Source: Octopus vulgaris (lineage: Eukaryota). From it: a DNA stretch of 64,000 nucleotides. The stretch's first letter is position 1; each line of letters opens with the position of its first letter. Below, piece after piece: positions 1 to 12,598 of the stretch. The notes beneath the pieces are model-generated. The model did not search any database. It worked only from the letters and a program-made list of their open reading frames with translations, and was not told the origin of the DNA. Location of the stretch: positions 1,054,001 to 1,118,000 of the forward strand of contig OX597837.1 in assembly GCA_951406725.2 (NCBI GenBank), given 5' to 3'. Made by a program: the position numbers and the translations under genes.

Positions 1-745
1 ACTCCCCCTCTCTCTCTTCCCTGTCAATCCATACTGTCTCTGTTCTTCCGTCGGCAATTTGTCCTTAAAATTCTTTCTCTTTTCCATATCAGTCGGTGCT
101 ATTTTCATCTGTTTTATTTTCTGTCTGCAATTTGCCCCTATCATCCACCTTTCTCTCCCCCCTCGGTCTCCCCCTCTCTCTCCCTCTCTCCCCCTCTTTC
201 TCTCCCTACTTCTTTCTCTGGTTCTGATCCCTTATCTATTTCTTTGTCTATCTATATATATATATTTGTGTGTGTGTATGTGTGTGTCTCTCTCTCTTTC
301 TCTGTATAAAATCTCAAAACCAGAAAATTCCGTACGGATTTACGGATCAAATCCAAACTAAAATTCAGTAAGGACATTGCAGGGGCTGGGGTTTGTAGCA
401 CCACAAATATTTTCGGACTAAAGCTCCTTCTTAACCAGTGAGAGGAAGAAATCTGTAACAATATTCTTCTTCGCCGAGGACGCCCCCGTTGAACAGCGTC
501 GTTCATTTTATCGAAAAAAAGAAAAGAAAGAAAGATACCTAAGACTCTTTCTCAAGATCTGAAGAAATATTATTCATTATAATAGTATTTCACGAACATC
601 AAATATCGAACCATTTGTGATTTTTTTTATAGTTATCTTCTATTTTATGTTTCTATTTTTATTGTTCATTTATTTTATTTTATTTTTCATATTTTACACC
701 GATGAAAATATTGATCCACTCGAAACCTTTTACAATTCTAAAAAC

Positions 746-790
<45 letters not shown>

Positions 791-803
791 TGTGTGTATG
801 GAG

Positions 804-849
<46 letters not shown>

Positions 850-1272
850 AACTATGTGTGTGTGTTATGTGTGTATATGTATAAATGTTTGCATATGTGT
901 GCATGTGCGTATATGTATGTGTATGTATATGTGTGTATAAGTATAAATGTATGTGCGCATATGTATAAATGTATGTATATGTGTAAGTGTGTGTGTGCAT
1001 ATATAAATATGTGTATATATATGTGTGTGCGTGTGTGAGTATATAGTATCAATACACAGACGCACACACGGCTTTTAGTGTTAGACTTATATTCCTCTCT
1101 CTTCTTCAGTTCCTCATTTCGCTGTTATTCTTATTGCTAGCCATTATATTCTTCATCTTTATAGTTTAAAACAAATAGCAAAAAAAAAAAGAAAAAGAGG
1201 GAAAAATGAAAAACAAAAATTAACTTTTCATTTTCTGGATGTTTTTCTAATAATTTTTCGCAATCCTCCTCC

Positions 1273-1321
<49 letters not shown>

Positions 1322-1370
1322 GTTATTATTGTTATTATTGTTGTTGTTGTTGTTGTTGTTGTTACTAAAA

Positions 1371-1583
1371 CAGTGAGCTGGCAGAATCGTTAGCGCGCCA
1401 GACGAAATACTTAGTGGCATTTCGCCCGTCGCTACGTTCTGAATTCAAATTTCCCCGAGGTCGACTTCTTTATCTTTCATCCTTTCGGGGTCGATAAATT
1501 AAGTACCCGTGAAACACTGGAGTCGATGTAATCGACAATTTCCCTCCTCACAAAATCCAGGCCTCGTACCTGTAGTAGAAATG
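1371..1583 (+). mobile_element. tRNA-derived SINE family A, near full length
   Basis: Head GAGCTGGCAGAATCGTTAGC, B-box-like GAATTCAAAT, central CTTTCATCCTTTCGGGGTCGATAAATTAAGTACC, tail GTAGTAGAAA. More than 10 related copies in this window. Confidence 0.9.
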
Positions 1584-1666
1584 CTTCTTCTTCTTCTTCT
1601 TCTTCTTCTTCTTCTTCTTCTTCTTCTTCTTCTTCTTCTTCTTCTTCTTCTTCTTCTTCTTCTTCT

Positions 1667-2031
1667 TGCCTTTGCATTGCTTCTAACGCTAGAGATGTAC
1701 TACGGTGTCAGCTGTTCACTACCAGAGAACTGAGGTAACGCCTCTTAGTTTTCTAGCACCTTCCGGAGTATTCGAGCGGTTCCAAGCAGTGCTGTTTTCT
1801 GCAAGTGCTCCACCCTTATTGCAGCCCCTATTCCCCTATTTGTTGTAGGTACTTCTCGAGATTTTTACTCAGTGTTCCCAGGACTCCGACAATTATTGGT
1901 ACCACTACCACCTTTTTCATCGGCCACAACTGCTTTACCTCCTAAGCTAACTTGTCATACCTATCAACTTTTCTTTCTTCCTTATCGCATACATTGTTGT
2001 CAGCTGGGCATGCTACATCTATAATCCTGCA

Positions 2032-2032
<1 letters not shown>
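1667..2032 (-). mobile_element. 5'-truncated R4/Dong-type non-LTR retrotransposon (restriction-like endonuclease C-terminus and 3' UTR), pseudogenised
   Basis: Minus strand reads CRIIDVACPADNNVCDKEERKVDRYDKLA*EVKQLWPMKKVVVVPIIVGVLGTLSKNLEKYLQQIG/AAIRVEHLQKTALLGTARILRKVLEN*, the typical REL C-terminal motifs. One internal TAG; frameshift from an 8-bp tandem duplication CCCCTATT (1825-1840); stop at 1745-1747. Confidence 0.9.
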
Positions 2033-2090
<58 letters not shown>

Positions 2091-2239
2091 TATTATTATT
2101 ATTCGTAGTGGTACGATGAATGTCAGAGCCGGACAATTTCTCTTATATGTATTTCGTCACAAACCAAGATCACATGTGAAACATTCGATTTTCATTTTTC
2201 ATCCCACCCTACCCTACCCAACCCGTTTGCAATAAATTG

Positions 2240-2365
2240 AAATTCCGGGGAGAAGGAGTAAGTCGATTGCATCGACCCCAGTGCTCAATTGGTACTTATT
2301 TTATCGACCCTCACATGATGAAAACCAAAATCGACCTCGGCGGAATTTGAACTCCGAACGTAAAA
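2240..2365 (-). mobile_element. SINE family A, partial
   Basis: AGTCGATTGCATCGACCCCAGTG...GGTACTTATTTTATCGACCC...TCGACCTCGGCGGAATTTGAACTC is the reverse complement of the family A body. Confidence 0.85.
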
Positions 2366-3517
2366 TATGTAATAGTCATAACGATTGAGTCGGGTCTTTA
2401 GTTTTGGTGATGTTGACGATGCTGGTGTATGTGGTTATGGTTTTTGTTGTGTTGGTGGTAACGTCGTCGGTGGTGGGGTAACGGTAGTTGTGGTGGCTGT
2501 TGGCTATGATGCTGCTGTTGTTGGCAGTGCTAATGATGGCGATGATTCCGTTGTTGGTGGTTGTCTTGGCAGGGGTGGTAGTATGGATCCTGTGCCGGTA
2601 GTGGCGTAATGGTGCGGTGATGTTGGTGGATGTAATGTTGTTGTGCTTGTTGTTTGAGTGGTTTCTAATAATGATGTGTTGGTAGAGGTAATAATGTTGG
2701 TGGTAGTGGTGGTGGTGGTGATAGTGCGGTGGTAGTTGTTAGAGGTTGTGGTGGTGGTTTTGATTATCTAATTTACAATGGTGTCTCGCTCGTATTGTTG
2801 CTGTTGTTGTTGTTGTTGTTGTTGTTATTATTATTAGGGCAAAGTAAGGACATTTTTTAATTTAACTTTTATGCAATTCTTCCTATTGTTTTTTTTTATT
2901 GTATTTCATTAACTAATTATTTTTTATTTAATTATTTGTTGTGCATGTGTTTTTGTTCTATTTTATTCGTTTGTTTGATATCATTATATTTTTGGGATTT
3001 AAAAAATAGAAAAGTGGAAAACCCTTTTTCCGAAATCCTTAAACTTACCACCGCAGGATTCCTGGTTATTTAAAGGGGCACTTCTTTTGTTCACTTAAAA
3101 TATTAACAGAAAATATAAATATATACATTAAAAAATTTGCTAATACTACACATAAATGAATAAATGAATTTTCAACAAATGACGAAAGACAGAAAAAAAT
3201 TCGAAAAGTTAAAACAATGAATACGAAAAAAAAAAAAAAAAATTGCCTGAGAGTAAAATACTTTTAAAAAAAATATTGAGAAAAATTAAAGCAAAAATAT
3301 CAAAACGAAACTGAAAATGTAAGTAGACGTAAATGGACGAAGACTTGAGATGGTGGTAAAGTGGAATGGTAAGGAATGGTAAGGAAGGAGAAGTCGAAGA
3401 ATAACAACAGGAGAATAAGTGGGGAATAATGGGGAAGTAGAGGTGAAGTAGGGTGGGGGAGCGGTAGGAGGTGAAGACTATAGCAAAAGTAATTTAAAAA
3501 CAAAGATTCATAAGAAT

Positions 3518-3555
<38 letters not shown>

Positions 3556-4668
3556 TAAAAATAATGATAAAAATAATGATAAAAATAATCATGCCAACTC
3601 TAATTTTTGTTATAATAATGAATTCATTTATTTGCCACAGGGGTGTCAGATGAGCGGGACATTACAAAGACAGGTTACAATGTGTATATATGTGGGGGAT
3701 TTGAATAAACAAAAATGGTGGTGGTGGGGAGAGAAATAAATGGTGGTGGTGGTGAGGATTTTTTTTCCTTGCTATTGAAAACCGAAATGAATTAGTGTCA
3801 TGGCCCTCAACATTTTCTGTTGTGCGAAGGATCTTTAGGGTCGAATGTTAAAATAAAGAGAGAGAAAAAAAGCGGAATCGGTAGGGAGATAGGGTTGTAG
3901 CTAGAAGTGGGGGGTGCGGATGGGTGGATTATAGATATTTTACAGACACTGCAGGCAATGGTACAACAACTAAACAAACATAGACAAAAGAACAAAAACT
4001 ACAAACGAAAACAGCCCAATACTCATCGAAATTGTTTAATTTTTCAGCACTACTACTACTATTATTATTTTTTTTATTTATTGCTATTTATGTAATTGTT
4101 ATTGCTGTTGTTGCAGTAGTTTGTGATGATGGGGATGATCTGGAGACGGTTGTAATATTTGGAAGTTTTTAGGTGTTAGTTTTAGCTCTGTAATACTCTT
4201 GTTGTTGTTGTCGTTATTGTTGTTGACGGTGGTGTTGTGCTGCTGCTGTTGTTGTTGTTTGCAGAGAAGCCCCACTGATGTGACTTTCCATGAACAACAT
4301 GGCGGGTAAAAAATTTGCTTTCCTGTCAATAAGAAAGTTGTATTAGTGTTACAGAAGGAATGGAAAAAATTGTTGATTGACGAATAGAACACACTCCATC
4401 ACACATATATGCATACACATATATGTACGCACATGTATACATGCATACATACATACACACACACCAATGTGTGTGTATGTCTGTGTGTGCATGTATATAT
4501 ATATATATGTAAATATACACATATATATACATACATACACTCGTGTATGTATATATCTACACGTATATGTATATGTAAATGAATTACATGTAATTCTACA
4601 CACACGTAAATATGCGTGTATATACTTTGTATATAATGTACGAAGTATACATGCACATATGTGTATGC

Positions 4669-4709
<41 letters not shown>

Positions 4710-5164
4710 CATACATACAAACAGGTATATGTATCTTTGCGTGTGTACAAATGTATGCATGTGAGAAGTATATATATATATATAAAACTTAAATGTGTTT
4801 GTACATTTGTGCGTGTGTATATACATTAACTACAAGTGCATATATTTAAATATGTGAATGCATGCTTGTGCATATGTGCATGTCTCTGCAGACTTCTGTG
4901 AAACCATCATCAATTTACCTTTCTTTCAAAAAAGAGATTCCAGACAAAATGTCTGCGAATTTTTACCGTTGCAAGAATGCGGATTTCATTTCCATTTTAC
5001 TTGATTCAAATAAATTTGATTCTGTAAACGCTGTTTATACCTGAAAGTTTGAGCTTTATACCTGTAATTAGGAGGCTATTACACCTGGCATTTTGACTTG
5101 GTAGGTCTAGTGGGGAACATTTGGCATGTGGCACAACCAGGCAAGTCAAAACGCAGGATATTTC

Positions 5165-5318
5165 TTTCATCTTTAACTTGTTTATCATTACTGCGGCCAG
5201 CATGGAGCAACGGCTTGAAGGATTTTACTCTATCGGTCTCGTTTGTCGAACCGCTAGATAACTGGGACGTAAATACATCAACACCAGTTGTCAAACGGTG
5301 ATGCTCCCTCTATACATG

Positions 5319-5382
<64 letters not shown>

Positions 5383-5532
5383 TACACACACACACACACA
5401 AACTCATATATATATACGACGGATTTCTTTCAGTTTCCGTCTACCAAATCCACTTGCCCAAGGTGTCACGCAGTGGGACTGAACCCGGAGCCATGAGGTC
5501 GGTAAGCAAACTTCTTACTACACAACCACGTG
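5165..5532 (-). mobile_element. tRNA-derived CORE-type SINE family B (octopus OR-like) with internal microsatellite
   Basis: Reverse complement of GGTTCAGTCCCACTGCGTG..CCTTGGGCAAGT..GATTTGGTAGACGGAAACTGAAAGAA..CGTCGTATAT, plus tail TGCTCCA..GGCCGCAGT. Confidence 0.88.
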
Positions 5533-5874
5533 AATTCATTAAAAAATGACTGAGGTCGATTCATTCAACTAAAAAATCCAGGTGGCGCACCAGTATGGCA
5601 GCAGTCTATTGATGGAAACAAGTAAAATATAGAATTTCAACGTATGACAGGATGCAGTCCGTGCGTGGTGGAGAGATTTAATATTTTAATAAAAAGAAGG
5701 TCGGGATTTGAACAAAAACGTTTATTTAGGGCTTTCGTCCGTTTTAGGGATTTATCATGAATGATTTCCAATAGAAAATTCATACTTTTGATATGTATGT
5801 GAGTAAGTTGGGAACAAAAATCTGGAGTTGAATTAGATTCCTGGGTTTCCGATAGAGGGATGGTTTCCATCACG

Positions 5875-5906
<32 letters not shown>

Positions 5907-5961
5907 TTAAAATTACTAAGTCTCTCTAAAAGAGAACAACGGCAGCGTTCCCGGAAAATAT

Positions 5962-6096
5962 TAGTTATCGCCATACTAATATGGCATTCTTATAAAAATA
6001 AGAATAAAGTTGTCCGCTTATTAGCTCCATGAGCTAATAAGCGGACAGCTTTATTCTTATTTTTATAAGAATGCCATATTAGTATGGCGATAACTA
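5962..6096. repeat. Near-perfect inverted repeat, 66-bp arms, 3-nt loop
   Basis: 5962-6027 is the reverse complement of 6031-6096 with one mismatch (G:U-compatible); loop CAT; flanked by (TA)n. Confidence 0.95.
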
Positions 6097-6135
<39 letters not shown>

Positions 6136-6863
6136 AAACTGAAAATGCTTTAGTCAGCATTTGGTTTTAAGAAGCAGAAGACATATATGACACGGTGCCA
6201 CCTAAAAATATACGGTAACTGGAATGACGTCCCTGCGAAGCGAGCTTTTGAAATGTTAGACAAGATCATGATGATACACACACTCTCTCTCACACACGTC
6301 TGTGTGTGTGTGTATCTATGTATGTATACCCAGATATACATAGATACACTTTCGTACCCAGCGTGCATTGTTTTATGTTGAGGTATAAACCGGAGCTTCT
6401 ATCTTGATTGTGATACAACAAAAGATAAAACAAGCATATTCTCAGTTAGGGATCTTACCTAATTAGCTCGATCTGGGGGTATTTGATAGTGGCAATAAAT
6501 ATAGGGGTGGATTTTGTGGGTATCTGGTGGTGGAGGTGGTGTTGGTAGCGCTTTGTCTTTAGCTCAAACGAGATTTCTGTTCTTGTTTGGCTGTGTTTGT
6601 ATCCAGTTCGTCTCGATTTCCACATAAATAAAATATATGGAAACATATCAACGTTATCTTTACCACCCATCGCAGTCTTGTCTTCCGAGTTCTCAGTTGA
6701 AATTCCTGTTCCATCTACCACCACCATCACCACCACCACCATACCATACGCACTGATTGGCTATATAGGTAGGAAGAATGTGTGCATGTGGGTGTGTATG
6801 CATGTATATGTGTGTATGTGCGTGTGTATATATGCACACACATTTATGCACATATATTCATGC

Positions 6864-6916
<53 letters not shown>

Positions 6917-6987
6917 GTATATGACCGCATATATATACGCTTACATATATATTTATGTGTGTGTACGCACGCACATGTGTCTATTTA

Positions 6988-7036
<49 letters not shown>

Positions 7037-7151
7037 GCAAACACAAGAAAAATTTCTCTCTGCATGTGTGTGCATAAATATACTTATGTATGTATGTATG
7101 TATGTATGTATGTATGTATGTATGTATGTATGTGTATATATATATATGTGT

Positions 7152-7202
<51 letters not shown>

Positions 7203-7702
7203 CATCCGTACACACACGCTTACACACACATACATACTCAGACACATGCAAACACACGTCTGTACGAGTATGTAGTTTGTTTAGATATCCTTTCATATTA
7301 TTTCTGATAGAATTTAACCAGGAGACCTGCTGGGTAAGCAAGCTGACTTAATCCACCCCTACATCTCTGTATACCACATCATCATCATCGTCACCCCCAC
7401 TACCACACTGAGATGCCACCCCGCTCCCTGTCAGAACATTACAAGACTAACCGATGTCTGATTCCGTTTAGTTTTTCTTTCTTTTATTTCGATGTGTGGC
7501 ATCTTTAATAAGTTAAAGATTTTGCAAGTAAAAATTCCTCGAATAATTTATGGCGAGATAAAACGGGTCGTCTGCGCACGCGCGCATATACACACACATA
7601 AACATACACGTCAGCGCCGCTGTCTGTGTGTATATATGCAGGTATACGTGTGAGTATATGTTTACATGTTTCTATAAATGTGCATCTCAATACGTATGCA
7701 TT

Positions 7703-7738
<36 letters not shown>

Positions 7739-7754
7739 TATGTATATATGTGTT

Positions 7755-7815
<61 letters not shown>

Positions 7816-8160
7816 GTGTATGTTTATATATATATGTACATGTGTATATATATATATGTACATATATGTGTATATATATACGTACACGTATGTAAAGATA
7901 TAGATGCGATTACTTTGACAAAGGCTACATGCTTCAAACATACTTCCCTCCTCTCGCCCTCCAACCCCCTAACACACACACACACACGCACGCACCAGGA
8001 AGGTATAAATCATTGAAATTGAGAAGCTTTTTCTCTTCCTCCTCCTCTTCTTCCTTTAAGAACAACAAAAAAAGTAAGAAAAGACATTGAAATCTGGATA
8101 ATGATAAGGAAACTAATAAAAGATACCACCAAAACGACCACTACTGCTACTACTACTAGA

Positions 8161-8205
<45 letters not shown>

Positions 8206-8295
8206 CCGTTCAACTGTAGGCACAAGGCCTGGAATTTGAGATGTGGATAGTCGATTACATCGACACCAGTACTTTACTGGTAATTAATTTATCGA
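8206..8295 (-). mobile_element. SINE family A 3' fragment, interrupted by the adjacent element
   Basis: GGCACAAGGCCTGGAATTTG..AGTCGATTACATCGAC..CTGGTAATTAATTTATCGA next to (AAT)n. Confidence 0.8.
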
Positions 8296-8610
8296 TTAGC
8301 GAGAGATGATTTTTTAAATGAAAATATCTGAAATAAACTCGACTGCTCTCACAAACGAAAATATTAAAAATGAATCGAACTGCTCTCAAAATTAAAGTAA
8401 AGAAAACAGGAAAAATAATCCAGAATCCTTGTCCGGTACCGGATCGATCCCCAAATCTAATCAGTTCGTGCCAATTACAAGGCCAAACATCCCTGGAAAT
8501 TTCATCCAAATCCATCGAGCGGTTCTTGAGATATCGTGTCCACGGACAAACAAGCAAGCAAGCAAACGCGACTGAAAACAATACTTTCACCTTCGCGAAG
8601 GTGCACGTAA
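8296..8610 (+). mobile_element. Non-autonomous Helentron/HINE (DINE-1-like) element
   Basis: Contains AAATTTCATCCAAATCCATCGAGCGGTTCTTGAGATATC, a (CAAG)n microsatellite, AAAACAATAC and the terminal perfect 16-bp palindrome CACCTTCGCGAAGGTG (8588-8603), the usual HINE 3' architecture. Confidence 0.65.
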
Positions 8611-8659
8611 TAATAATAATAAATAATAATAATAATAATAATAATAATGATAATAATAA

Positions 8660-8856
8660 CTTCGACTATAGGCACAAAGCCAGCGATATTGGAGGAAGCG
8701 GGGATTCGATTACATCGACCCCAATACTCAAGTGGTACTTATTTTACCGATCCCGGAAAAACGGATGGCAGAATTTAAATTCAGAACGTAAATGCGGACG
8801 AAACACAGCTAAGCATTTCGTCCGGCGTGGTAACGATTCTGCCTGCTCGTCGACTT
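8660..8856 (-). mobile_element. SINE family A (tandem copy 1)
   Basis: Family A reverse complement ending AACGATTCTGCCTGCTCGTCG. Confidence 0.9.
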
Positions 8857-8877
8857 AAGGTAATAATAATAATAATC

Positions 8878-9086
8878 ATTTCTATTACAGGTACAAGGTC
8901 TGAAATGTGGGGGCGGAGGTATTACATCGATCCCCGCACTCAACTGGTCCTTAATTTATCGACCCCGAAAGGATGGAAGGCAAAAGGACAACCTCAGCGG
9001 AATTTGAACTCAAACCGTAAAAACGGACGAATTGCCGCTAATCATTTCGTCCGCGCGGGCTAACGATTCTGTCAGCTCACCGCCTT
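8878..9086 (-). mobile_element. SINE family A (tandem copy 2)
   Basis: TTAATTTATCGACCCCGAAAGGATGGAAGGCAAA..GGAATTTGAACTC..AACGATTCTGTCAGCTCACCGCC. Confidence 0.9.
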
Positions 9087-9095
9087 AAAAATAAT

Positions 9096-9308
9096 ATTTT
9101 CTACTAAAGGCACAACGCCTGAAATTTGAGGGAGGGGGATAGTCGATTACATCGACCCCAGTATTTCACTGGTACTTATGTTATTGGCCCCGAAAAGATG
9201 AAAGGCAAAGTCGACCTCGGCGGAATTTGATCTCAGAATGTAGCGGCAGACGAAGTACCACTACGCATTTCGCTCCGGTGTGCTAACGATTCTGCCAGCT
9301 CGGCGCTT
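9096..9308 (-). mobile_element. SINE family A (tandem copy 3)
   Basis: GATGAAAGGCAAAGTCGACCTCGGCGGAATTTGA..GCTAACGATTCTGCCAGCTCG. Confidence 0.9.
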
Positions 9309-9447
9309 TAACAATAATGACGATATCGATGATGATGATGATAACGATGATGATGTATGCCTATGTATGTAGGTATGTGTATGTATATATATGTATGTGT
9401 ATGTGTGTATGTATATATATGTATGTGTATGTATGTATGTATGTATT

Positions 9448-9498
<51 letters not shown>

Positions 9499-10011
9499 GT
9501 ATGTATATGTATATATGTATGTATGTATATCAGCCGAAATTACTACGATGATCCGGTTCTTGACTGAAGACTGAGGGCTTCGAATGTCCTGTCTGTGTTT
9601 GTTGTATCGTCTTCCAAGTTTTTATGCGTTCTTGTCTCAGTTTGTATTTTTCTACATATCATAATATATATATATATATATATGTATGTATACATATATA
9701 TGTATATGATAATGATGATGATGATAAGAATCTCTAAAAATCATGGTTGTATGAATATGAGTTTGCTTCCTGACTAAAACATGACTAAGGAACATAACGA
9801 ACATACAGAGTGAGGAACAGAAATATCTCGTTTGAACCTCCACACGCAGCTTGTGAGAGTAATGACACACACATACACACCAATTACATTATCATGCACA
9901 CAAACGTGCGTGTGTCTGTAATTAATACCATTCAATGATAAGAAGATTTGATATTCTCGCAGCGATAAAGTGCAAGTTTTTGTCTGTCTAAGTCTGTTAG
10001 TCGATCTGTCA

Positions 10012-10404
10012 AGGCTTGGCTATGTGGTTAAGAAGCTCACTTTACGACCACGATGTTTTGGGGTCCATGGTTCAGTCCCACGCGGCGCTGTTTCCGGGGC
10101 AAATGTATTCTTCTATAGCTCCGGGCCATCTTTTATATTACGATTGAATTTGGCTGACGGAAACTGTGTGAAAGCCCGTCGTATAAGTGAGGGTGTATTT
10201 GTGTGCCTCCTCCATCATCACGTGACCAACGGGCTGGTTTGTTACCATCCTCGTAATTTAGCAATTCGGCTAAGGAGACCGATAGAATACGTACCAGAAA
10301 TACGTAATAATTAAAAATAATAATAAATAAATAAATAAGTACTAATTAAAATTGTTCGACTAAACCCCTCAAAGCGGTGCCCCAGTATGGCCGCAGTCAA
10401 ATTG
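10012..10404 (+). mobile_element. SINE family B, diverged
   Basis: TGGCTATGTGGTTAAGAAGCT..GGTTCAGTCCCA..GACGGAAACTG..GCCCGTCG..GACCGATAGAATA..GCGGTGCCCCAGTATGGCCGCAGTC. Confidence 0.85.
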
Positions 10405-11639
10405 TTATATACATTTATATTAAATACCATGCATAAAAAATTCTTCTTTGTTAAGATTATCTCCATCTCATCTAGAGGGAATATCAAAATTATCAAAGAC
10501 CAGCTTCACTTGGAAAGGGGTCAAAATTTCAACATTGAAAGATTCCCCCAAAGCTGACAGGCCATTGATCCTGCACGCATACATATATAGACACATGCGC
10601 CCGTACACACGGTAAACAGTAACAAAATCCTGATCTGTAGGCGACTAGTTGAAATAAAATTGCGATTTATTGTGACTGGGTCAAAGATGGTCAATCCATG
10701 CTAATTTGTTTTTGCTGTGTTTTATAACCAGTTGTCTGAAGATCGGAAACGTGAAACTTCGATCACCGATTCACAAATATCTCAGTTCTGCATTAAATAT
10801 CTCTCACGCTCTCGTCAATATGCATACATACATACATACTTACATACGCACATACTTATGTGCAAGTTCACACAGACACGTACACACGCGCGTGAGTGTG
10901 TGTATGTCTGTGTGTTCCTTTCTTTTGACACCGCTGTAAATCGGCGCGTCGCAATAAATATATAATTTACGACCGTAAACGTCAGCACATCAAAGCCTAA
11001 ATGAACTTAACCATTCTGTTATGGGTTCGATTAAATTACTATTGTGTTAAATACAAGATCGTTGGGTGCCCCAGTATGGCCGCAGTCTGCCTAAAAATAT
11101 AAAAAAAGAATCGTGTGTGTGTGTTTGTATGATGAGGTGCCATGATTGTGATATGATGATGACGGTGATGGTGACCGTGATGATGATGGCGATGATGATG
11201 ATGACGTTGATGATAAGAAGTAGGCGGCTGGTTGTGACTATGGCGACGATGATCATGACGACAACGACTATGGTGGTGGTGAGGGAGTAGATTGTGATAA
11301 CGATGATGATGATGATCATCATCATCATTATCATCGTTATGATGATGTCGTTTGCGGTGGTTTTGTGCTTGTCTTTAATGCCTGTGAAATTCCTATCTTG
11401 TGATCGTTATAGCGTTGTTGTTGTTGCTGTTAATACTGTTGTTGTTATTGTTGTTATTGTATGTTGTTAGTCCACTCACACAAACTAAACTTGTTCAATG
11501 TCGGATGTTAAGGCGGGCTTAGGTTTCATTTTCTTTTTTCAAAATTTTTCATTGTTTTCCCCATTGTTTCGTTGTCGTTCTTGTTGTGGTCGTTGTTGTT
11601 TTATCTTGTTTGAAGCTGTTGTTGTTCCCGATGCTACGG

Positions 11640-11699
<60 letters not shown>

Positions 11700-12055
11700 T
11701 TGTAGTCGTAGCAGTTAAATAGATAAACTTCCATTTTTTTTGTATACGCCCTTGTTGTTTTCTTGAAGCTAACGATGATGGTGGCTTTGAGAGGCACAGT
11801 GTTGTTGTGGTTGTTGATGGTGTTGTTAGTGTTTGGTTTTCCTCTGTTTGTTGTTGTTGTTGTCGTTGTTGTTCAATTAGACACGCTTTCCGACTCTAAT
11901 TAGCGTTACGAAAACAATTCACGGTGAATCTTTTGTCTGTGAAAACCAATGAAATATTTCAACCATTCAACCACTCAGCTCTTTAGCTACTTCGTTCCTT
12001 AGTTGTCCCCCCACACACACAACACATACACTTAAATACAAACATACCCTCCCCT

Positions 12056-12105
12056 CTACGTATGCATGTATGTGCGTGTATGTGTGCATATATATATATG
12101 TATAT

Positions 12106-12141
<36 letters not shown>

Positions 12142-12442
12142 AATATATACATATATATGTATGTATGTATATATATGTATATATGTAGGTATGAATGTAT
12201 ATATATATATATATATATGTATGCATGTATGTATGTATATAAATATACGTATGTGTGTATATATATATATATACGTATGTATCTATGTATGTGTATGTAT
12301 GTATATATATATGTGTATGTGTATGTGTGTGTGTGTGCATATATATATGTGTGTATATATATGTGTGTGTATATATATGTATGTATATATATATGTATAC
12401 ATATATATATATGTATGTATACACATATATATATATGTATGT

Positions 12443-12494
<52 letters not shown>

Positions 12495-12551
12495 AAGTGT
12501 ATGTATATATGTATGTATGTCTCTCTATATATATATATGTATGTAGAAATG

Positions 12552-12597
<46 letters not shown>
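12056..12597. repeat. Compound (TA)/(TATG)/(TG) microsatellite
   Basis: About 540 bp of dinucleotide and tetranucleotide repeats; source of the YI/CV-rich pseudo-ORFs. Confidence 0.97.

Positions 12598-12598
<1 letters not shown>

Noticed and set aside
305-369. TATAAAA and TCAGT as a core promoter
   Set aside because: Spacing is about 60 bp, too far for TATA-Inr, and both motifs are common in AT-rich DNA.
252-506. Minus-strand ORF MNDAVQRGRPRRRR... with AAAATG context
   Set aside because: No recognisable homology, it runs into microsatellite, and there is no convincing splice donor. The unique sequence may be UTR or promoter, but I cannot support that.
1371-1470. tRNA genes at SINE heads
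   Set aside because: The A/B-box-like heads continue into SINE bodies and do not form complete cloverleaves.
9532-9585. Possible type II hammerhead (GAAA...CTGAAGA); similar case at 15200-15245
   Set aside because: Stems I and II do not pair convincingly.
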